The position numbers and the translations under genes were made by a program. Positions 41,230 through 48,893 of a stretch of 64,000 bases of DNA are shown here, piece by piece; position 1 is the stretch's first letter; every line of letters starts with the position of its first letter. The notes beneath the pieces are model-generated. The model ran no database searches. It was given only the letters and a program-made list of their open reading frames with translations, and was not told the DNA's origin. The DNA lies in assembly GCA_963662465.1 (NCBI GenBank), contig OY759599.1, forward strand, positions 2,880,001 to 2,944,000, read 5' to 3'. This stretch comes from Desulfatiglandales bacterium (GTDB lineage: Bacteria; Desulfobacterota; DSM-4660; Desulfatiglandales; Desulfatiglandaceae).

Positions 41230-42378
41230 TTACTTTGGAACAGATGGTATAAGTAAAAGTTCCTGTACTCTTTTTTGAATAAATATTTCTATAATTCTCA
41301 AACGAGATGATTGTAAATTGTATGATTTATGTCTTTTGAATTTGAAATTTATTAATTTTTGCAGTTTTTTCTTTTGATCTTTTGTAATGATCTCTTTTGC
41401 AAAAGTTAAAAAATCTTGAGAATTTGCCATTAATCTTGTTTTTGCATATGCGTCAATATCATATAAATCATTTTTCATTGCATAATTGAAGAGCGATAAA
41501 CCATTATCAAATATAGGTGCGGTGTCTACTACGTTGTTTGTTTTATTATTTACAATTAATCCGAAATTACCAAAATGTCTGTCTTCATTGCAGATAACAG
41601 CATCAAAAATCAGCATATCTACAAGAGAATCATAAAACTTTTTGCCAAGCAATTTGTAATAATCTATAACTGCCAACCACCCACCCTTTGCCACAATTCT
41701 GCCAGTAGGAATATATGATAATTCTTTGCTTGTAAATAACTCGCAGGTTGAGCAAATGCGTTTTTTCCATTGATTTAAATTATATTTTACAGCTTTCAAA
41801 CCCATTGATTCAGCAATTTGAAATGCGTAATATTCAGAATACGGCTCATTTCCTGCATTTGCGGCTCCCCAAGAACCTGTTTTGTAAAGAATTATTTTGT
41901 CGTCCTTCATCCTGCGCCAGCATTTGGGAAGCATACCGTCTGTCGTTAGTTCAGGGGTAGAAGCAAAATCACTTTTTTGTGTATCACCATAACCAGTGTA
42001 GGCAATTAAAGACAATGTGTAGTCAAATCTATTATCATATAAATTATACTCACCATAAATACCTTGAAAGTTATTATCTACAACCCAATAGCAGTCATTA
42101 AGTGATAAACCTTTGCAAATATCAATAATACCTTTGGTGTCATTAACATTTAGTCCGAGTTTTGCAAGAAAACTTTGAACAAACGCTCTGTTTTTAGGAA
42201 TAATCCGCCTTTTTAGCCATAGTAGTAGACCGCTATTTGTAAGTTCTAAGTCAATAGGAAAAAATGACTTATATTTTTCATATGTCTCAATAATTTCAAC
42301 TGACAAGCCTTTAATACCGCTTGATGTTATATTAAATTTTATGAGGGAATTATCAAAATGTTTTAAAATATAATTCAT
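41230..42378 (-). CDS. HipA/CtkA-like kinase (AT-rich)
   Basis: ELTTDGMLPKCW, NEPYSE, NEDRHFGNFG, APIFDNGLSL. Confidence 0.8.
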   Translation of the reverse strand: MNYILKHFDNSLIKFNITSSGIKGLSVEIIETYEKYKSFFPIDLELTNSGLLLWLKRRIIPKNRAFVQSFLAKLGLNVNDTKGIIDICKGLSLNDCYWVVDNNFQGIYGEYNLYDNRFDYTLSLIAYTGYGDTQKSDFASTPELTTDGMLPKCWRRMKDDKIILYKTGSWGAANAGNEPYSEYYAFQIAESMGLKAVKYNLNQWKKRICSTCELFTSKELSYIPTGRIVAKGGWLAVIDYYKLLGKKFYDSLVDMLIFDAVICNEDRHFGNFGLIVNNKTNNVVDTAPIFDNGLSLFNYAMKNDLYDIDAYAKTRLMANSQDFLTFAKEIITKDQKKKLQKLINFKFKRHKSYNLQSSRLRIIEIFIQKRVQELLLIPSVPK

Positions 42379-42410
42379 TTGTTATACTTTCCGTACAAAT
42401 GATGAGCGCT

Positions 42411-42880
42411 ACGGATGCTTCCGTGTTGCCTTCGGTGAACGTTCAAACCCTCGGCGTCCGCAATTGCTATTTCGAAGCCATACCAGCACTTCAGGGTGCG
42501 CGATCACCCCTGCGGCCTACAGGATGCTCTGCCTACGCTTAACCCATCTTTTTCGGGCTCATCGTGGATTCGCGTGAGATTTGGCTTCTGAGCCGATTGT
42601 AGGTGCGACTTCAGTCGCACATTAAGCCGACCCTGTGCGACTGAAGTCGCACCTACAGCCCGAACCGAAACAATCTCAAAGCGCGATTTCACGTTAATCC
42701 GCAATGAACCCTTTTTCGCTGTTCATGCCGTTCGGTGGGGTAAGTCCATCCGCCTATTTGCTCATCCTTGAGCGCGGCTCGTTTCCAAGTGGCATCTCAA
42801 TGCCGATGTCCTACACCTGACAAGCAGAACAACTCCGCCATGGGTCCAAGGCTCGATACGGGTGGGTGGCAACCCTTACA
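42411..42880 (-). mobile_element. Probable group II intron 5' (domain I) fragment interrupted by MITE copy 1
   Basis: Minus strand: CGAGCCTTGGACCCATGGCGG...ATGGGTTAAGCGTAGGCAGAG...TAGGCCGCAGG...GCTTCGAAAT...GACGCCGAG...CGAAGGCAACAC, resembling bacterial group II intron domain I; no RT ORF or domain V/VI seen. Confidence 0.5.
42556..42710 (+). mobile_element. 155-bp MITE copy 1 (TSD CTTTTTCG)
   Basis: Imperfect 25-bp TIRs; 8-bp direct repeat on both flanks; internal REP doublet at 42599-42620 and 42635-42656. Confidence 0.92.
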
Positions 42881-43044
42881 GAAAGCCATTGCTGCTTTGA
42901 TCCCGATTTGGCATATTCCCCAAAATTTCATAGGAACAAGAATCGGTACACCCTCCACTTCAAGAAAGTATTCTTCCTTATTCGTTGTTCCTATTGCTTG
43001 CGGTTAAGATCTCACCTTGGCAAAACCACAGGACAATCAAAAAT

Positions 43045-43323
43045 TTACGTTAATTCGATTCGAAGTCGCTTACCCATTGCGCGGGCAAGACGATTCAACG
43101 ATTGCAAAGTAATAGAAGTGTCATCCGGGTCGAGCAATCGATCCAACTGCGTCACATCAGTGTCCATTTTCTCGGCAAGCCATATTTTATTAAGATTTGT
43201 AGTCTGCATGATATCGTTGATTTGTAACGCCAACAACCGCTTCTGTGCTCTTGCCGATACCTCTTCAAAGATGCCTTCCTCTTGGAGAAAGTCATCAAAG
43301 CTACTACCGGTATACTTATTCAT
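43045..43323 (-). CDS. XRE-family HTH antitoxin
   Basis: GSSFDDFLQEEG...LDRLLDP...ITLQSLNRLARAMGK; directly downstream of a RelE-like gene. Confidence 0.85.
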   Translation of the reverse strand: MNKYTGSSFDDFLQEEGIFEEVSARAQKRLLALQINDIMQTTNLNKIWLAEKMDTDVTQLDRLLDPDDTSITLQSLNRLARAMGKRLRIELT

Positions 43324-43327
43324 GTCG

Positions 43328-43510
43328 CTACCTCCCGCTTCGCCACAGATTCTTTCGATTGCGTGCGACATTCAAATCCCTTTGTGATGTCTTCTGAGAC
43401 TTCTTGATGAAGCCGTGCAAAAGTGCCATCTCGTTGCCTCCGGCAGTGAAAAATACTCGCGCAATACGACCACCGCTGAGATTGCTGCGAACTTCCCGTG
43501 TCCTTTCGGC
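43328..43510 (-). pseudogene. RelE/Gp49-like toxin, N-terminally truncated
   Basis: EVRSNLSGGRIARVFF...LLHGFIKKSQKT present; N-terminal half missing next to IS66. Confidence 0.7.
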
Positions 43511-43579
43511 AAGCATGCATGAATTGCTCCGAAAATCCTGGTAGAATGGGTTATCCAAAATCGTTCAGGAGGATACCCC

Positions 43580-44135
43580 ATGACCAACGAAAAAGCAAAT
43601 CTGAAGCTCAGCCTCGAAAAAGCGGCTCATCGTGGATTCGCGTGAGATTTGGCTTCTGAGCCGATTGTAGGTGCGACTTTAGTCGCACATTAAGCCTACC
43701 CTGTGCGACTAAAGTCGCACCTACAGCCCGAACCGAAACAATCCCAAAGCGCGATTTCACGTTAATCCGCAATGAACCGAAAAAGCTCAAAGCCAGTTTG
43801 TTGCTTGGCGTAAAACCCGGAAAAAGCGCGGCCCCATCCCGGAAGAATTATGGGATGTTGCCATATCCCTTAGCGAATCCTACACCATCTACCAAATATC
43901 AAAGGATTTACATCTGAACTACACTGCCCTCAAGGATCGTGTAGATGCCTGGCGCATGATGCCTTCAGAAGAACCCAATCGGACGGCTTTTATTGAATTG
44001 CCACCAATGGCTTCCGGTGAAATCAGTTTAGAGCTGGAAAACAAAGCCGGGGGCAAAATGAAAATCCATGTGAAAGGCCATACGGACATCAACCTTGTTT
44101 CCTTGACCCAAACATTCTGGAGCCAGCAGCCATGA
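43580..44135 (+). pseudogene. tnpA: IS66 TnpA interrupted by MITE copy 2
   Basis: Removing the MITE and one TSD restores MTNEKANLKLSLEKAQSQFVAWRKTRKKRGPIPEELWDVA...FIEL...ELENKAGGKMKI. Confidence 0.8.
43624..43778 (+). mobile_element. 155-bp MITE copy 2 (TSD GAAAAAGC)
   Basis: 4 substitutions relative to copy 1; TSD at 43616-43623 and 43779-43786. Confidence 0.92.
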
Positions 44136-44484
44136 TGCAAATAACGCCGCAGATGCAGATCATTCTGGCAGTTGAACCTGTGGATTTTCGTAAAGGCATT
44201 GATGGCCTGGCCGCAATATGCCGTCGTGTTTTGAAAAGCGATCCGTTTTCCGGTATGTTTTCGTATTCCGAAATAAACGGGGATCTGCCATAAAAATCCT
44301 GGTATATAACGGTCAAGGGTTCTGGTTGTGCCAGAAACGGCTTTCGGAGGGACGCTTTCATTGGTGGCCAGGAAGGGAAAAAGGCCAAATGGACCAACTG
44401 GCGGCGCATGAACTGCAGATGCTGCTATGGAACAATAATCCGAATAGCGCAGCACCTTTATGGAAAAAAATCAATTGTAGTTGA
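44132..44484 (+). pseudogene. tnpB: IS66 TnpB, frameshifted
   Basis: VEPVDFRKGIDGLAAIC...DPFSG, 1-nt frameshift near 44253, then VFVFRNKR...GFWLCQKRLSEGRFHWWP. Confidence 0.85.
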
Positions 44485-44537
44485 AAAAAATGGTCCTGAC
44501 CGCTTGCGTTCTTAGGAAGACGCATTATGTTTTTCTT

Positions 44538-45419
44538 ATGGACCTGGCAATCAAATACAGAGGCAAGAGCTTCAAGACCGAGGATATCTCCTTTATAAAG
44601 GGATTAATCGCTGAAAACCCAAATGACAGCCGGTTTGCATTATCAAAAAAACTTTGCAAAAAATGGAACTGGGTGCAAACCAATGGGACCTTGAAGGATA
44701 TGGTGTGCCGGGGGTTCATGCTGCAACTTCACAGAGAGGGGTATATTCAGCTTCCCGCAAGAAAGCGACCGCCTCTCAATCCATTGAGAAAACGGAACAC
44801 GCCTGAAGTTGTTCGTATCCAGCAAAAGCCTCTGGTTGGATCTTTAAAAACAATTCGACCCTTAAAGTTTTTGCAGGTTCGTCGAACGCCTTCGGAAAAG
44901 CTCTTCAACGGTTTGATTCAACAGCATCATTATCTGGGTTATTGTCAGCCTGTGGGAGAGCATTTGAAATACATCATTTACGCTCACGGCAACCCCATTG
45001 CCTGTATGGCCTGGTCTTCAGCTCCCCGACACATCAAGAGCCGCGATCAGTTTATCGGATGGTCTCCGGATGTTCGAATGAGGAACCTTCCTCTCATCGC
45101 CTACAATACCCGGTTTCTCATATTGCCCTGGGTGCGGGTGAAGAATCTGGCGTCTCACATATTGGGTCAAATGGTCCGGGTTCTTCCAAGGGATTGGCAA
45201 AATCAATACCATCACCCTGTTTACTACCTCGAAACTTTTGTTGACAAAAGCCTGTTTTCGGGCGGCTGTTACAACGCCGCAAATTGGATTTATCTGGGCG
45301 ATACCACTGGGCGCGGCAAAAACGATCAAACCAACAAGCCCAACCGGACCATCAAGGCTATTTGGGGGTTACCTCTGTCAAAGCATTTTCGAGAGAGGTT
45401 GTGCGATGCCCAAGCCTAA
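44538..45419 (+). CDS. DUF4338 (DruA-like) domain protein, intact
   Basis: HHYLGY...GEHLKY, RDQFIGW, NTRFLILPWVRVKNLASHIL, LETFVD, GGCYNAANW...TTGRG. Confidence 0.85.
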   Translation: MDLAIKYRGKSFKTEDISFIKGLIAENPNDSRFALSKKLCKKWNWVQTNGTLKDMVCRGFMLQLHREGYIQLPARKRPPLNPLRKRNTPEVVRIQQKPLVGSLKTIRPLKFLQVRRTPSEKLFNGLIQQHHYLGYCQPVGEHLKYIIYAHGNPIACMAWSSAPRHIKSRDQFIGWSPDVRMRNLPLIAYNTRFLILPWVRVKNLASHILGQMVRVLPRDWQNQYHHPVYYLETFVDKSLFSGGCYNAANWIYLGDTTGRGKNDQTNKPNRTIKAIWGLPLSKHFRERLCDAQA

Positions 45420-45997
45420 AACAATCGAGCTAAGCCCGGAAGATCTCCAAGCTCTTCTCGAACGGGTAAAAGCTGTCGTATCAGAAGAAGACTACGAGAT
45501 TATGGTTCATCGCGGATTAACGTGAAATCGCGCTTTGAGATTGTTTCGGTTCGGGCTGTAGGTGCGACTTCAGTCGCACAGGGTCGGCTTAATGTGCGAC
45601 TGAAGTCGCACCTACAATCGGCTCAGAAGCCAAATCTCACGCGAATCCACGATGAGCCGAGATTATTAAGGCCATGACCGAGGCCCTTCAAGCCATGAGC
45701 CAGGTTGTGGATCAAAAGGCGGCATCCATCAAACGATTGCTCAAACAGTTGTTTGGTCAGAAATCCGAGAAAAAAGAGGTCGTGTTCGATGATCCGGAGA
45801 GCGACCAGGATGATGAAACGGATTCCAATCCTGAAAACAAACCCGACGAGCCCGATCCTAAAAACAAAAAGGAACCCGAGAAAAAACCAAAAGGACATGG
45901 TCGCAACGGTGTATCCGCTTATCCCGGCGCGAAGAAGATACAGGCTTTTAAACGTCGGCTTAAAAAAAATGAAAAAGCAGGAACCGTTCAATCCTGA
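45406..45997 (+). pseudogene. tnpC: IS66 TnpC N-terminal fragment, interrupted by MITE copy 3 and truncated near 45943
   Basis: Restored reading EEDYEIIKAMTEAL...IKRLLKQLFGQKSEK...KGHGRNG; no DDE domain. Confidence 0.8.
45504..45658 (-). mobile_element. 155-bp MITE copy 3, inverted (TSD GAGATTAT)
   Basis: 1 substitution relative to copy 1; TSD at 45496-45503 and 45659-45666. Confidence 0.92.
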
Positions 45998-46036
45998 ATA
46001 TTTGAAAGTAACATGATAGAGGCCAAATCAGCCAAG

Positions 46037-46064
46037 AACCTCCGGCAAAGCCGGGGGTTTACTC
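46037..46064 (-). repeat. Hairpin resembling an IS200/IS605 end
   Basis: Minus strand GAGTAAACCCCCGGCTTTGCCGGAGGTT; no cognate tnpA nearby. Confidence 0.35.
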
Positions 46065-46159
46065 AGAACAATGTCCACACTATCAGGAAGTGGGGGCATG
46101 GAGACGGCAGTCAAACGACATCATTGCACAATGAGCAACATGAGACAGCCGGAGTTGAA

Positions 46160-47086
46160 ATGGATGAACTTGAACGATTTAAAAAAGAGATTAGCCTGAT
46201 GGAATATGCACCGGCCCACGATTACACTGAGTTTGACCGTAGCCAGTCCAGCAAGACATGTGTAGTACTCAGGCGCGAGGCTGATGACGGCAAAATCGCC
46301 GTGAGCCGAGGCTATGATGGGCATTGGGTTTACTATGACTTCAGGCGTGGCAAAGGTGGTTCAATCCTTGACTTTGTAATGCAGCATACCGGCTGCAATC
46401 TTGGCCAAACAAGAAAAGAGCTGAGAAAAGCGTTATGTTGCAACGTTAATTCTTTTTCCCATACTGCCCCTTTACCTAATCCTCGATCAGCCACCAAGAA
46501 CCGGCAAAAAACGGCATGGGAATATGCTGACACGACGCCCATTACAAGGCATCATGATTACTTGGAAAGCCGGGGCATTGGCTTTGAAGACATTTTGGCT
46601 GGTCGGTTTGCCGGCGCCGTAAGAGTTGATCGGTATCAGAATGTTTGTTTTCCGTATTTTGATTTTAAGGGGGTAGCCGGTATTGAAAAGCGGAATCATA
46701 ATTTCAAATGTTACACGAAAGGAGGCAGTAAAGGGTTGTGGAGGAGCACGCTGATAGAGGGTGACTCAAAGGCCGTGATTTGTGAAGCTCCAATTGACGC
46801 ACTTTCCCATAGCAAACTGCGCTATGATAGCAACGACCGAACCAGGTATTTTGCAATCAGCGGTCAGATTGGCCGTTTTCAATCGGAGCTAATCAACGGT
46901 CTGATAAAGAAATGCCGTTCCGAAAAAATGGATATTTTTCTTGCATTTGACAATGACCCAGCAGGAAGAAAATATATCCGACAATTCCAGGAGCGTCATT
47001 CAGGGGTGTCATTTACGGTGGATTTGCCGCCCCGGGAAGGCCAGGACTGGAATGATGTTCTTCAGAGCAAACAAGCAATCGAGTGA
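46160..47086 (+). CDS. DUF3991/Toprim primase-like protein of mobile elements
   Basis: GGSILDFV, YLESRGI, ICEAPIDALSH, LAFDNDPAG, DWNDVL. Confidence 0.8.
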   Translation: MDELERFKKEISLMEYAPAHDYTEFDRSQSSKTCVVLRREADDGKIAVSRGYDGHWVYYDFRRGKGGSILDFVMQHTGCNLGQTRKELRKALCCNVNSFSHTAPLPNPRSATKNRQKTAWEYADTTPITRHHDYLESRGIGFEDILAGRFAGAVRVDRYQNVCFPYFDFKGVAGIEKRNHNFKCYTKGGSKGLWRSTLIEGDSKAVICEAPIDALSHSKLRYDSNDRTRYFAISGQIGRFQSELINGLIKKCRSEKMDIFLAFDNDPAGRKYIRQFQERHSGVSFTVDLPPREGQDWNDVLQSKQAIE

Positions 47087-47472
47087 AAATCTTGATTATC
47101 TTCTGAAGGGAATGCAGTTGTTGTTTTACATATAAAAGCATGCAAGTTTTTCAGTGAGAGAGCTCGATGACGAACGTTGGGACCATTTGGATCTCGTAGG
47201 GGACAATACTGGGCCTCTCACTGAACTTTACAACCTGGATAAGGGATGATAGGTGGCCGCCCAGCAGGGCGAGCATGCCGGATAAACGTAACGATAAGGT
47301 GTAGAGTTCATAAAAGGTGAGAAAATTACTGAAAACTGCAAAAAGTCCGCAACGGACTTGCTGCTGAATTGTGCAAAAAATTCTGGAGATGGCGTAACTA
47401 CTTGTTATTACAGTATTTACAGTTTTTTGAAGTTTTTTCTTGACAGGAGCATTATAGGATGTCCCCCTGTTT

Positions 47473-47511
47473 CGCGGCTTTTTGGGTCGGCACCAGTGTG
47501 AGGTTGGCAAC
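47473..47511 (-). mobile_element. Truncated attC site (R'' and L'' arm only)
   Basis: 10 nt after the yoeB stop: GTTGCCAAC-CTCAC-ACTGGTGCCGACCC...; R'' is complementary to the GTTGGCAAC at the cassette start. Confidence 0.55.
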
Positions 47512-47521
47512 TTTTATAGTA

Positions 47522-47818
47522 TCAGTAATGATAGCGCGCTTGCACAAAATCGATTCTGTCATACCCAACGACATACACGAGACGATGTTCCTGGGTTATT
47601 CGACGAGACCAAACACCAGATCCAAGAAATTTTAAAGGTTCGGGTTTGCCGATCCCCTGAAAAGGATCTCGCATAACCGATTCTACCAATTGAAAAATGC
47701 GAAGTGCTGTTTTTCGATCTGTTTCGACCCAGTACTTCAGATCCTCTCTAAATTCCGGCTGGAATATGGAATCTCTCTGTGATTTAGCACGGGGTCGCTT
47801 TTTGGTTTTTTTACTCAA
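47522..47818 (-). CDS. yoeB: Txe/YoeB toxin
   Basis: DPFQGIGKPEPLK...WSRRITQEHRLVY...ARYHY; TTG start overlaps the antitoxin stop. Confidence 0.9.
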   Translation of the reverse strand: MSKKTKKRPRAKSQRDSIFQPEFREDLKYWVETDRKTALRIFQLVESVMRDPFQGIGKPEPLKFLGSGVWSRRITQEHRLVYVVGYDRIDFVQARYHY

Positions 47819-48089
47819 AACCGACCTCGTCGCGAAGATCATCGATTGTTTGAGAAACACCGGAACCATCTTTGACTCTCTCAAGTGCCGTTAGAAGTCG
47901 CTTTGCATTTTTGGGTGAACGAAGAAGGTGCGCCGTTTCGAGAACACCGGCCAACTCATCAGCGGTTATCATGGCGACATCTTCGCGACCGCGTCTCTGA
48001 ATGATAACGACCTCACGGTTTTTAGTGACCTCATCCATTAAAGATGCCAAGCTTGCACGAGCTTGAGTGTATGTAGTTTGTATTGCCAT
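47811..48089 (-). CDS. yefM: Phd/YefM antitoxin
   Basis: TYTQARASLASLMDEV...ETAHLLRSPKNAKRL. Confidence 0.92.
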   Translation of the reverse strand: MAIQTTYTQARASLASLMDEVTKNREVVIIQRRGREDVAMITADELAGVLETAHLLRSPKNAKRLLTALERVKDGSGVSQTIDDLRDEVGFE

Positions 48090-48107
48090 ATTTCCCTCCA
48101 GTTTTGT

Positions 48108-48147
48108 TGTACAGGTTAACAGTACATGTTTAAGAGAGGATTGTCAA
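48108..48147 (-). promoter_or_regulatory. yefM-yoeB promoter with TGTAC(A) operator cores
   Basis: TTGACA-17 nt-TACTGT overlapping TGTACT...TGTACA, similar to known YefM-YoeB operators. Confidence 0.65.
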
Positions 48148-48177
48148 TACGCGTTAAATAAGCTTCGAATTCAATTT

Positions 48178-48230
48178 GTTGCCAACATATATTGTACGGA
48201 AAAAATATATTATAGATAACTGCTGTAAGA
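48178..48230 (-). mobile_element. Putative attI / cassette junction
   Basis: Minus strand ...TCCGTACAATATAT-GTTGGCAAC, between the divergent intI remnant and the TA cassette. Confidence 0.5.
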
Positions 48231-48393
48231 AAATATCCCATTATATCAATGGCCTAATACATAAGCATCAGGCCCTTCAAGAGAATCGTTAAGAAAATAA
48301 AAAGGTTGTAATAAACTTTCTTCTGATAATATAATAATTCCGCATAGCATAAAGCGTAAAACATAGGCTAACCAATTGAACTGGATAAGTTTT

Positions 48394-48864
48394 ATGAACA
48401 AAGAAAGTCAAGACAATTCGATAGCCGTTCAAAAATTTTGGGATACGTTTAAGGCCTGTGTGGAGAAAAACCGGGTGAGACTTGGCCGTTTGACCTTTTA
48501 TGTCAAATAGGCGCAGACCTTTGTTAATTTTCTGCCTGGAAAACGATTGCGTGAACGCTCTTGGCAGGTAAGGCAAGCCAAGCATGCTGTAAAAATTCTT
48601 TATGAGACGTTTCTTCCCGGTTATTCTCCGGAAACTGCGGCCAACCCAGCGATAAAAACGGAAGAAAAGAAAACTCCCGCACGCTTTCCTGCCAAGGCAG
48701 GGCGCTTCCCCGATCGGGTGGCGCCCGGTGAGATTGAGCGGCTTTTCGCTCCCTTGATAAATGCTCTGAAGTTGGGACATGCGGATGTTTCCACCACCAT
48801 GATCTATACCCATGTCTTGAACAGACCGGGGCTTTCGGTTCAGAGCCCGGCTGATTTTGATTAA
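48394..48864 (+). pseudogene. intI: Integron integrase remnant (premature stop, large internal deletion)
   Basis: N-terminal ...KFWDTF...FYVK* (TAG at 48508) joined at about 48772 to the IntI-type C-terminus [28 protein letters not shown]. Confidence 0.75.
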
Positions 48865-48893
48865 CACGGCATCATTAATGACTGAGGAGAACC

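Larger units (their letters stand above)
43580..45997 (+). mobile_element. Degenerate IS66-family element (tnpA-tnpB-DUF4338-tnpC')
   Basis: Gene order and motifs of the component features; terminal IRs not identified. Confidence 0.8.

Noticed and set aside
42504..43790. Two similar short ORFs (MRINVKSRF...) at 42504-42704 and 43608-43790
   Set aside because: They are translations of the MITE itself with ends set by flanking DNA; no evidence of coding function.
42556..45658. CRISPR array interpretation of the repeated palindromes
   Set aside because: The repeats are 155-bp dispersed units in both orientations with TSDs; there is no repeat-spacer periodicity and no cas gene in the window.
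42388..48203. Shared 11-mer TTTCCGTACAA upstream of the HipA-like gene and near attI
   Set aside because: Short, in opposite orientations and without flanking similarity; compatible with chance.
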